Below, one piece after another: positions 26,408 to 37,139 of a stretch of 64,000 nucleotides of DNA. The notes under the pieces were generated by a model. That model made no database searches. It saw only the letters and a program-made list of their open reading frames with translations, and was not told the DNA's origin. Within the stretch, counting starts at the first letter, position 1, and each line of letters starts with the position of its first letter. Position numbers and translations under genes: made by a program. The stretch is from Hormiphora californensis (taxonomy: Eukaryota; Animalia; Ctenophora). The stretch is taken from positions 8,060,001-8,124,000 of the forward strand of contig CM035352.1 in NCBI GenBank assembly GCA_020137815.1, given 5' to 3'.

Positions 26408-28279
26408 ATGGTATCTTTAAAGGAGGAAGGGGACCAATCTCCCACAACAACACCAGATATACCTGCTGCGGGATCTTTTGAAAACTTCTCACTCAACCCC
26501 AAGTTGGTGACGAAGTTACAAAAGCGAGGAATAACCCACCTCTTTCCCGTGCAGATTTCCACCTTTAAGCCCATCTACAAGGGTAGGGATGTGTGTGTCC
26601 AGGCCAGGACAGGCTCAGGGAAGACCCTCTCTTTTGTCCTTCCCGTTATGAACAGGCTGCTGAAGTCCACGGAGGAACGGGAGAGAGGTCGAGCACCCAA
26701 AGTTATCTGTCTGGCACCAACCAGGGAACTAGCAGTACAGATCTACGATGATTTTGTATCCATGGTGGATAGCAATGAGATGAACGTTGATAAATTCTAC
26801 GGAGGACAGCCGTATAACCCCCAAGAGACCGCCATTCGACGAGGCATGGATATCCTAGTTGGTACCCCCGGCAGGATTCTGGATCTGTGCGAGAAGGGGA
26901 AGCTCCACCTGGGTAGCGTGAAACATGTTATCTTGGATGAGGCTGATAGGATGCTGGAGATCGGGTTTAAAGTGCACATGGACAAGATCATTGAGTTTTG
27001 TACTACCAACAATAAACCCCAAATGATGTTGTTCTCAGCTACAATGCCACAGTGGGTCAGTCAGGTTAGCGCCACCCACATGACCAACCCCAAGACGGTC
27101 AGCCTGGTATCCAAGAACAGTAACCAAACCTCAACGACAGTCAACCACCTGGCAGTGAGATGTGTGTGGCAGAGTCGTAATGACATCATCGGGGATTTGG
27201 TTCAGCAGTATAGTGGACGACACGGCAGGGCCATTGTCTTCACGCAGACCAAGGTGCAGGCTGACGAGCTGGCGGTGTCTCCTTCCATCAACCAGGATTG
27301 TCAGGTGCTTCACGGTGACATTCCCCAGGTCCAGAGGGAGAAGAGGCTGCAGGGATTCAGGGATGGGAAGTTCCAGTGTCTTGTTGCTACAGATGTGGCT
27401 GCCCGAGGACTGGATATCCCACAGATTGATCTTGTGATCCAGTGTGAACCACCAAAAGACGTAGATTCCTACATTCACAGATCAGGAAGGACTGGCAGGG
27501 CGGGAAGGACAGGGACGTGTATCTGTCTCTACAATGCTAAACAGGAGTATGCCCTGAAGGAAGTTGAGCGACACGCTGGGATCAAGTTCACTCGAGTCAC
27601 CCCTCCCCAACCCAACCAGCTCATCAAAGCAGCCGCCAAGGATGCGGTTCGTTGCCTTGACGATGTTCCTAGCACCGTCCTACCAGCCTTCAAAGCGTAT
27701 GCTAAAGAGCTACTGGAGACCCGTCCTGCTGAGGATATAGTTGCAGCAGCCCTGAGTTACATCTCCGGAGTAACCGAGATCAAGACACGATCCACATTGT
27801 CCTCTATGGAGGGTTACACTGCCTACCAGATGAGCAACACATTCGAGGTTAGGTCCCCTTACTTCTTCTGGAATGCTCTAGAACAGGGTCTAGGTGAGAC
27901 GTTCAGAGCGGAGGTAAAGTTCATGAAGCTGACCAAAGATAAAACTGGATGTGTAATTGATGTACCCTGCAAGTATGATGAGTTCATTGCTGACACCTGG
28001 CAGGATTCTGACTCCATGCAGCTCTTTAAGATGACAGAGATCCCCGATCTGGAGGACTTCAGAGGCAGGTTCGGAGGTGGTGGAGGTGGTGGTGGTGGTG
28101 GGTACAATCGAAATGGGGGTGGTAATGGAGGTTATAATCGAAATGGAGGAGGAGGTGGAGGATGGAACAAGGGAGGACGAGGTGGTGGCGGTGGAGGTGG
28201 TAGGGGTAACAGCAGTGGATTCAAGAGAAAACAGGACTTTGGGAACGGAAATGGTTTTAAAAGGACTAGGCAGTTCTGA
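26408..28279 (+). CDS. DDX21: Nucleolar DEAD-box RNA helicase DDX21/DDX50, intronless
   Basis: Q motif LFPVQ, ARTGSGKT, PTRELA, DEAD, SAT, HRSGRTGRAGR, GUCT-like region and G/R-rich tail. ATG at 26408 follows gtatag|g. Confidence 0.95.
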   Translation: MVSLKEEGDQSPTTTPDIPAAGSFENFSLNPKLVTKLQKRGITHLFPVQISTFKPIYKGRDVCVQARTGSGKTLSFVLPVMNRLLKSTEERERGRAPKVICLAPTRELAVQIYDDFVSMVDSNEMNVDKFYGGQPYNPQETAIRRGMDILVGTPGRILDLCEKGKLHLGSVKHVILDEADRMLEIGFKVHMDKIIEFCTTNNKPQMMLFSATMPQWVSQVSATHMTNPKTVSLVSKNSNQTSTTVNHLAVRCVWQSRNDIIGDLVQQYSGRHGRAIVFTQTKVQADELAVSPSINQDCQVLHGDIPQVQREKRLQGFRDGKFQCLVATDVAARGLDIPQIDLVIQCEPPKDVDSYIHRSGRTGRAGRTGTCICLYNAKQEYALKEVERHAGIKFTRVTPPQPNQLIKAAAKDAVRCLDDVPSTVLPAFKAYAKELLETRPAEDIVAAALSYISGVTEIKTRSTLSSMEGYTAYQMSNTFEVRSPYFFWNALEQGLGETFRAEVKFMKLTKDKTGCVIDVPCKYDEFIADTWQDSDSMQLFKMTEIPDLEDFRGRFGGGGGGGGGGYNRNGGGNGGYNRNGGGGGGWNKGGRGGGGGGGRGNSSGFKRKQDFGNGNGFKRTRQF

Positions 28280-28360
28280 GTGTGTCCCACTGTTTTTTTA
28301 GGTCTTTAATTTATTCCCTGGTCTCTCTGCTAATGACGAGTATTATAATAGAACTGTAGT

Positions 28361-28484
28361 GTTGAAAAGTTTACCAAACGGGTTGTTTTAAATACTGGTC
28401 CCTGATTGGCTGATAACCAGTCACGTGACCTAAATAACGAGTTCTGATTGGTTGTTGAAAAGTTTACCAAACGGGTTATTTTAA
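28361..28484. repeat. ~60 bp dispersed repeat flanked by a ~30 bp direct repeat
   Basis: aatactggtccctgattggctgataaccagtca... lies between two copies of gttgaaaagtttaccaaacgggtt(g/a)ttttaa. A second copy of the repeat is split at 35558-35572 / 36088-36112. Confidence 0.7.
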
Positions 28485-28744
28485 GCTGCTCAGTGACATT
28501 TGTTCAGTTGACAGTATACATCTTTTATCATTCTAAAATCCCCGTGTTTCAATATTCCCCATCTCCCTCTAAAACCCTGACCCATGACCCTCTCTAAACT
28601 TGTATCCCTATTTCCATTTTCCAGCGACCAGCACCCATGACCCTCTCTTAACCCCATCTCCAGCACCCATGACCCTCTCTGAGCAGTCTTGTATCCATAT
28701 CTCCCTCTCTCAACTTATATCCCTATCTCCAGTACGTTAAAGCT

Positions 28745-30545
28745 ATGGTTGCAGAGAAGAAGGTGAAGCGGAAGAAAGTTGCGGGAGAGGAAGTCGAGGG
28801 AGCAGCAGCCCTGAAACCAAAAAAGAAGAAACTTGACACAACGGCAGCCGCAAATGGTACCCCTGCTGCCAAGAAGAAGAAAAAGAAGGGAGGGGATGAG
28901 ACGGTACTGAAGAAAAAGAAGAGGAAGAAGTTGATGAGTAACTCAACCATGTTAATGACTCCATCACAAGACAAGAAGAGAGAGGAGAAGGAGGAAGAGG
29001 AAGAGGAGGAGACTTCTGATAAGGAGCTGTTTGGATCACAATCTCCCAGTCCAATCAAAATGCAGAGTCCACCACCACTGACCAAGTACGCGGGCACTCC
29101 GGTCAAAGAGGCACAGGTATGCATCATTACATCTCCTATTTCGTATTGTGCTGTATGAACAATACAAATTTCGTATGAAATTCCTTTTCTGTTTCCGAAC
29201 CTAAAATAACCCCTTACCCCCTAACATAACCCCCTAACATAACCCCCTAAAACATCAACTTCTTCAGTCCTCTGACGATGATGATGATGAAGATTCGGAT
29301 GGAATTGATGATTTACCGACAGATTCCGAAAGTGAAGCCCCTGCCCCTGTCGTTGTAGAGCCAGTAAAAAAGGAGGTCCCTAAATCCCCTGTCAAGAAGA
29401 AGGTTGCTAAAAAGACAAAGATAGCCCCAGCAGCGACAAAGTAAGATCCTTTTTTCTCATTTTTCTCACTTGATCCAAAATTACCCCACGTAACGGTCCA
29501 TTACTTTTTTAGATCTGAAACTGCCGAACCAAAAACGCCTACTAAGACTGGGCCTCTCCAGCCTCCTAAATCAGCCGTTGAACCCAAATCTCCTGCTAAA
29601 CCAGCCGCCCCTCTGGAACCCAAATCTCCTGGTGATGTTGGTGATGAAATAGACGAGGAGGAGGATGAAGATCTAGACGAGATCGAGGAAGGTAAGTCCG
29701 CTAATAATTGTGACTGGGTCGCAGGTCTCTTACTGAAGTCCTTACATTCAGCACCAGGAGTTCCACCGTTATCCATGCCCCTGATCAGCAGACAGGAACA
29801 GAAAAACAGGGATCTCCTCCTTCTCACTCAGGTAATTATTAATTAATTAATTAACATATAATTTTTAACAACTCTGATAGGATTTCTACATTCCTGGTGC
29901 CAATTAGCGCCCCCCCTCTGCCCAATTAGGGCATCTAATTACCCAACGATTCTAACAAATCCTTTCCAGATCCGTGAGAAGTTTCCCACCCACCGACCCA
30001 GTGAGATATCCTGGAACACATTAATGGTGTACAACATGAGCCCAGAGCAAATGCAGGAGCGGTATGAAGTTCTCCTAAAGTTTATCAAGCTCGAGAAGGA
30101 CAACACCCAGCTGGTTACAGAGGCCATTCTCTCTATGGCAAACGCGGAGGTTAGATCCCTTCCCGCGAGTTGTCAGAATCTGATCAATCAACCTAAAACA
30201 GTGAAGGATGCCGCAGCCAAGCACAAGCGGGTCAACGCGTTCACTGTGTTCGCTAGTGGGTTCGACCAGCCTACAAGTGTGGACACAATCAAGGGGTTGT
30301 GGGATGCTCTGGATGGGAAGGAGAAGGCTAAGTTGAAACGGGAAGCAAAGGCCCTGAACAATGCGAATGGGCTGTTTAAAACCACCCGTAAACTGAGCAG
30401 ATACAACATCTTCTGTGCAGAGAAAATGAGGGAGGGTATGAAGATGGCAGATATTGGGAAAGTTTGGAAAGAAATGAGCGAGGTAGAGAAGGACGCTTAC
30501 AAGGAAAAAATAGTCGAGGGAGAGGAAATGGTTGATATAATATGA
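28745..30545 (+). CDS. Lys/acid-rich nuclear protein with two HMG-box-like domains (UBF-like), 459 aa
   Basis: Phase-consistent exons 28745-29116, 29268-29440, 29513-29691, 29752-29831, 29970-30545. HMG-like KRVNAFTVF...LWDALDGKEK and RKLSRYNIFCAEK...IGKVWKEMSEVEKDAY. Confidence 0.8.
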
Positions 30546-30836
30546 GAGAGACATTTATATTAGGGATTAGTAAACATTGTTTTTATTGTGCGGGACATGC
30601 AACTTTTATCATTGTGACGTCATTATCATTGTCACGGGACAAAGATGACGGCTGCATATTTTACATACAATTCTTATTATTCTAAGTTATTACTTTTTAT
30701 CACGTAGTTAAATAAAGAACTCTGAGAGAGAGGTACAACCTGTGATTGAACAAATATGTTATTTGAGTGGTTATTCAATAAAAACTGATATTTTAGTTAA
30801 TAATTCTCTGACTCCACATCTTTCTAAAATACTAGA

Positions 30837-31550
30837 ATGTTACCAAGATCAATGAAACAACTTGCACCAGTGATATCCCGTTCTCTCCATACTACACCGG
30901 GACAATGCGCTAAAAAGATTTAGTAAGTGCAGATACCCCATTTTCTTCGTTGATCAAAGCTCCCAGATTACCACTTTTTATAGAAATATCTCACCCCCGT
31001 CCCCCCTGTCAGAGCATTGGCCTGACCCATTCTCGTTTCCCTCAAATTTGAGCGGAGCGTGCGAGAACTGCACTCTGCAGTGGTCAGAGCATTGGCCTGA
31101 CAGCGTCCCCCTTATCTTGATAGTTCCGTATCATTTCAGTGAGAGTAGGTTACACCGCTTCCAGATGTTGAGGGAAAAGAGGATTATACAAATAATGAGT
31201 TACCAACAACGACTCCTGGCTAAAGGTACATACTTGTTACTCAACAAAAAGTTACCTTTTTTTATTTTGGTAACAAAATTCGAGTTATGTTGGTACTGGA
31301 AAATATATTACCGTAGCTTACAAATACACTTGGGTATTCTTCACCAGCGGAGTCCTAGCTTTGTGATACAATATCCACTCCTGTTGACTAACCGGGCCTT
31401 AACTCGACAACTCCTTACCTGTTGACTAACCCCTAACAACTCCTGGCAGGTAATGTGTTGGAGCAGGGGGAGGTAGATCACTCTGCCGAGGATGCCAAGA
31501 TTCTCCGTTCAACGGGGGAGAAGAAACATCTTAGGAAGAAGGGGATGTGA
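30837..31550 (+). CDS. Small basic protein with mitochondrial-type presequence, 90 aa, unknown family
   Basis: Exons 30837-30922, 31140-31225, 31450-31550 join in frame: MLPRSMKQLAPVISRSLHTTPGQCAKKIYESRLHRFQMLREKRIIQIMSYQQRLLAKGNVLEQGEVDHSAEDAKILRSTGEKKHLRKKGM. Confidence 0.65.
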
Positions 31551-31753
31551 GAAGAAACAAGGGGGTCTGAGGAAGCACTTTATTTAAGTTATTTTGTTGA
31601 TATGTGTGATGTCTTTTGTACCTATTTTTTGTTTTTAGAATAGTTAGTTCGATTGTTTATCAGAATTACCCAACTAAACCCCATCCTTCCCCCTCTAATA
31701 AACACATCTTCAGATTTCACCGACCCAATCATATCTCCCTCTAATCTAGCGCT

Positions 31754-32670
31754 ATGTTGTGCTCAAGGACCCTCTCTCGGGTCACAACACAGCTACCCAA
31801 GCTTACAGCAGCATCTTTACACACAACAGCTCCTGTTCTTGCTAGAAGGAAATTGTAAGTTAACAAGACATATTCCTGCACGGTTCAGACTTTCTCTCTC
31901 GTGTTGTTTTACTCTGTCAGAGCATTGGCGTGAGAACTAAGAACTGTGGTCAGAGCATTGGCCTGGCAGGTTTTACTTGATTTTCTACTTTATATCTCTC
32001 TCTCCTCACAGTTTGGAGAAGCAGATCGACCGACGGGATCTGGCCCCTGCACCCCACACTAACATCTACGGAGGTACAATCTACCAGGAATCCTGGTTAG
32101 ACGACCTTGTTATGAATCTGAATGAACAAATGAATGTGCACGAGGGAGACAGGTAAGAGGGGGAGTCACACATACCTTTGTGTGAGATATGTATCAAGTA
32201 GCATTGTAAATGTACAAGTTAATAGTGGGTTGGGGTAACTACCAATATCATATCGTTATTGTGGAATCTTCTTTTTCTGGGTGAATCCCAACGTTTGTAA
32301 AGACTCCACATGAACACCCTGTACTCGCGTCTCCAGGGTGATAGATGACATCCTAATTCGACGGTTCATGGAGAATCTATTCAACAATACACGAGCCCGT
32401 CACGCCCCCCTCAAAGCAGAGTTTAAACAAGTGATAATCAAACGGCGGTTAAACCACCTCGACATTAGCTTGTTCTTCGACCACTACACGCTGACCCGGC
32501 AACTGCGGCAAGTGGAGTTCCTGTGTGGATTCTCGGAAAGGATCCTGGCAGAGATGTTTGGGGTGCGGTGTCAGGTGCACGTGCTGGAGTACGGATCTAT
32601 TAGAGATGTGTTGAAGAACAGGAGGAGGAAGTATGAACTGGGAACACAGTATACACCTGTGTCTGTGTGA
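31754..32670 (+). CDS. MRPS24: Mitochondrial ribosomal protein uS3m (MRPS24), 191 aa
   Basis: Exons 31754-31854, 32012-32152, 32337-32670. Presequence MLCSRTLSRV...SLHTT. DDILIRRFM...QVIIKRRLNHLDI...FLCGFSERILAEMF matches the MRPS24 pattern (EDVFLRKFM...VLKRRGN...FLVGYSETLL). Confidence 0.8.
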
Positions 32671-32828
32671 GAGTGGTTTTGTAAGTTATTGTTTTAATAA
32701 GTTTGTTTAGATTTGATAACCACATGTTTTCTAGCAATATAATTTCTAGCTACATGATCCCAAATATAATATTCCAAGTTCTCAATCCGAATCTAAATCA
32801 TCACATCTCTCTCTCTCTCCCTCTCTCC

Positions 32829-32914
<86 letters not shown>

Positions 32915-32948
32915 TTACAAGTTACAAATGTCATTCATTCATTCCAGC

Positions 32949-34612
32949 TCAGAACTCACTGTCCGCATCCACCCACATTCCGTGGTTGGTCCAGGGAATC
33001 CTAATTGGGCTGGACAACCTCGCAATCACCTTCATTGTCTCTGCATCCCAGATATACAGCTCTGAATCCTGGGTGATAGCATTAAAAACAGGCGCCATGA
33101 GGACCCCATCATCCTCCTTCCTACCCCCGGGTCTACCCACAAAGACGGGCTCCACCGGGAACAAGTTGAGGTCATCCCAGTTGCTACTCTCCTGCCTGCA
33201 CAAGTTCAGTTTGAGTAGCCCCATGGCATTCTTGTTGTCCCACTGAATGGTGTGGAGATACACCACACAGAAGGGTTTGCCCCTGTGTTTGTCGTTTATA
33301 TAGGGAAAATCCACGTGGAGTATCCGGGGTGACCACATTTGGGGGTGATCCCGAACCTCACTCTCTCCCGTTTCCATGTTCATGACAAACCTTCTGATGG
33401 TGATGTCGGTCAGAGGCTGGAATTCCTTTCTGTACACAAAGTTATCATCCAGAATGTAATCTTTGTTCAAGATCTCATAGTAGCAGTGAGTGTCATCGAA
33501 CTCCTTCATCGATGTAGGTGTAGGGTAGTCCACCACAATCTCTGTCTCCCCCTTCTCGTTCTTCCTCTGGAAGGAATTGATGATATGGACCGAGATGAAG
33601 GGATCGAACATAAACGTCTTGTAGGTCCCATCCTTCAGGGACATAACATGAATCTGAGTGGGTGCCTCCCTGTCGAACACTATGTTAGTACACACATGGA
33701 AGGGAGACTCTAACTTAACCCTCAGACTAAGCCTGGGGAGGATCACATAATCCTCGGTTACACCCATGGAGTGAATGATCCTCATGTCATCTAGTGGGCT
33801 TGGGATTGTGCCAACTACCTCTGTGGCCGCTTTTCCAGTTATGTCGTTTGTGAATCGAACCATCTGGAAGTGAGGTTCAACACCCGACACCATACCCTTA
33901 TCCAGCCCTGTCACGTAGATGTAGTTGTAACTGTCCCCGGTGGAAGGGTGTCGAGTGAAGTGGGATGCCGACATGAATTCCTTCACAAACCATGGCTGGG
34001 ATACCAGCGTGTATTTATCCATGTGGTCTAGAGTATCAGGGTGGACGTCAAAATAGAGAGGTGCTTCACCACACACTGTGATCCCATCCCGTCCCTTCAG
34101 CTTCCAGGGGGTTATGTTAGTTGTTATCCCTCCGACTATCCCAAACCGTCATCTTGGCCTTTTCAAAGGTAGACACAGGGGGATCCATATCACCAACAAT
34201 CTTGTGCGGGACAAGCTCCCCAGTCTCCACACTCCTAGTTGAAGATGCCTGTCTTGAGGAACTTGGCAGAGAAACTTGGCTCACCGCCAGGCACAAAAGT
34301 CCACTTGTAGACCTTGCTGAGTGCATCCACCACATTATTTACCTTTCTCTCCCCCACACTGTACGCTCCAACACCAACCTTGTACATGGTACCAGCCAGC
34401 CATTCAGGCACCTTCCCATCGACTAGTTTCAGTTGGGCCTCTGTTATCTCAGATTCTTCGTTTGAGAAGAGCCCCTCTGGCTGTACTCGACCCTCGGTGC
34501 TGTCATCAAATGCTGCATACCCAGAGCACTTGTCCTGTCCCTCACTGCACTGGGTGGCGGCCAGGGCTGCCGGGGTAAGGAGAAGGAGGATTGTCAGATA
34601 GAACGGAGTCAT
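32949..34612 (-). CDS. Carotenoid oxygenase (RPE65/BCO family) with N-terminal signal peptide, intronless, two apparent 1-nt frameshifts (~34237, ~34120)
   Basis: GKVPEWLAGTMYK, DNxN, candidate iron His ligands SASHF / IIHSMG / SVHIINSF / TNHGMW, DFPYIN, FPVEPVFV, EDDGVL. Confidence 0.88.
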
Positions 34613-35572
34613 GATGCAAATGAAGGGCTTACACTTCGATCACTTGTTTTAAATCGCTATACTACTATAACAGGAGAGATTTGGTAGTTACGTGAGTGAA
34701 TCGGTGTACACAATCAAAATACCGGCAATCGGTATGAAATAATTTGCCATGCTACGCAGTCTGTCTGTTCGGGCTCGCGTGTGAGAGCTGACAGACAAGG
34801 AACATGTTAAGAAATGATTGTGCCAATATTGCACTATCGATCTGGTTAGAGCAAAGCACACCGATTGGAATTGTCTCACAAAAGACTCTTTGTGTAGCAT
34901 TTGCAAAGAATTAAGAAATGATGCGACAAAAGCAGGCTGTGAAGTGTGTAACATGGAAAACTTGTGAATTATATTTCAAACAATTGATTCACAGATAAAC
35001 ATATTGCCACACTGTATCACAATGTACTATATTACTACTGTAACCATTGCAGTAGAGTAAACAGGCATAGACGCGACTTGTTTTGTTCAAACCAGAGAGA
35101 GAGAGAGAGGGTCACGACTATAACTACAGAAAGATTACCTACCATTTTCAACAAATATATCCCATTTCTAATTGTCTCAATTTACAGATTCATTTGCCAA
35201 ATTCTAGGAGACGATGATAATTTCAAATTCGGGGAAACTGATCTTACCCAAATGCAATCCCTCCTAGTAGTCCGACCTAGATAATAAGAGGTTTGAAAGA
35301 TAACCCCATTCATAGATCTGAATCCTAAAAAGCCTTAATACTGTGCCTATTGTGCTGGAAAATTCCATTCGGGTACAGCTATCATTACATAACGAGACAA
35401 GATTGTGTCTCACGTAGCCGCACCAAGGCCAGCTGCAGTAGTGAGACCACATTCCTAGATCCTAATTGTTGTTACTCAACAACAAGGTCCTAGACAAGGT
35501 AATAAAGGAGTCCCAATCATCACACTTCACATGTTCCAGAAACCGACCGAATCAGAAAATACTGGTCCCTGA

Positions 35573-36085
35573 CAGTGGTGGCCCCAGCCTGGGGTGGTGG
35601 GGGGGTGGCCACCCCCCCCAAAACTTTTCAGACAGGGGTTGTTGGGGGTGGTAAAATAGCTTTAAAATGTGTTCTAAATTGCTTTAAATTGATCAAAATC
35701 TTAAATTTTCCGGGGGCTTCGCCCCTTACCCACACCAGGGGCTGAACATCATTAAAAAATGTTTCTAAAAGGGCTGAAAATTGTCCCCACCTAGGGCTGA
35801 AAATCGATGAAATATTGTTCTAAATTGTTTTAATCCATCAAAATTTCCGGGGCTTCGCCCCTTGTGGCTGAAACCCGTTGAAAAAGTTTTCTAAAATGGC
35901 TGAAAATTGTTAAAAAAAGTTGTTCTAAATTGCTTAAAATTCATCAAAAACTAAAATTTTCCGGGGGCTTCGCCCCCTAGCCCTGGGGGCCGCGCCCCCC
36001 AAACCCTCGGTCGCTAGGTTTGGGGTTGAAGTGTGGCCTTCGGCCACACCACCCCCCCAAAAAATCCGTGCTGGGGCCACCCCTG
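35573..36085. mobile_element. hAT-like MITE
   Basis: TIRs cagtggtggccccagc / gctggggccacccctg (15/16), imperfect tccctga TSD, internal ggggcttcgcccc hairpin repeats. Confidence 0.8.
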
Positions 36086-36236
36086 GACTCCCTGATTGGC
36101 TGATAACCAGTCAAAATCAAGTCATCCAAAATCAAGCTACTCGCCCCTAACTAGCTACTTTTTACTACTACGGTAGAAACTGATACAATGTAAAAATCTC
36201 CCCTCTCTCAAATAGGAAGTCTATGTATCCAATACA

Positions 36237-37049
36237 ATGGCCGGTACTATAGGTGAATTTGAGGTGAAGTTGTCGAGACGGCTGCGTGTTCCAAAATCTA
36301 CTGCCCACACAATCCTTCTCTCCCTTTGTGCCCTCTTCTCTGGAGTCAAACCTGCCCTACTCTTCGATTTCTGCCCAATTTCAAAAGATCAGCTTAGCAA
36401 GGTGCTAGCTGATGTACTGGGATACATTCCATCATGTGTCACTAATCGAGACAAGGATGTTTTGAATGAGAAATCAGTCGGGAAAAATAACTTTGCTGTC
36501 GTTGAACTGGTTGGCAGTAACGGGTTTGGTGATATATTTGTAGTGGATAAGAATGCTGATTACTCAGACTATGACCCCTGTTTTATAGACTGTTCAAGAG
36601 GATTACAGTCAGGTCCTGTAATGGCTGATCAAGCTGTTGTTTCGAGACATTGGCAGGTTTTTGAAGAGTTTCTCAGGGACATCAGATCAGGAACAGGAAC
36701 ACTATCCTGTACCGATGAGTTGGTATGTTTCTCAACTTTGTATGGGATGTTCCTGAAGTACCCCTACCTTTACTACACCTGTAACGAGAGCAACTGTCTC
36801 TCGGGGGAACCACTTTACCTAGTGGAACTAGCACTTCCCGAGCGGCACCTTACCGGTGTGATCAGTTGTGACGGTGTGATATCCAATGCTTCAGACACCA
36901 TTCATCCTGCTGAACCTGATTCCTTGTTTTCTTTCTCCCAGTTTACTCTTCCCGCCTCTATTTGCGATGAACACCGTCTTGGTGAACTCAAGAAAATGCG
37001 GTATTTCCATCGTGTTACCATGGTAACTAGAGCAGCAGTTGCCATGTAG
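36237..37049 (+). CDS. C1orf74/UPF0739 (DUF4504)-like protein, intronless
   Basis: GVKPALLFDF, STLYGMFLKYPYLY and NCLSGEPL match recalled DUF4504 motifs. Confidence 0.75.
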   Translation: MAGTIGEFEVKLSRRLRVPKSTAHTILLSLCALFSGVKPALLFDFCPISKDQLSKVLADVLGYIPSCVTNRDKDVLNEKSVGKNNFAVVELVGSNGFGDIFVVDKNADYSDYDPCFIDCSRGLQSGPVMADQAVVSRHWQVFEEFLRDIRSGTGTLSCTDELVCFSTLYGMFLKYPYLYYTCNESNCLSGEPLYLVELALPERHLTGVISCDGVISNASDTIHPAEPDSLFSFSQFTLPASICDEHRLGELKKMRYFHRVTMVTRAAVAM

Positions 37050-37139
37050 TTACCATGGTGGTTGTTATGTAGTTGCCATGGTAGTTGTTATGTAGTTGCC
37101 ATGGCAATGTGTGAATGGTATTTCCCATGTAAGCCAATA

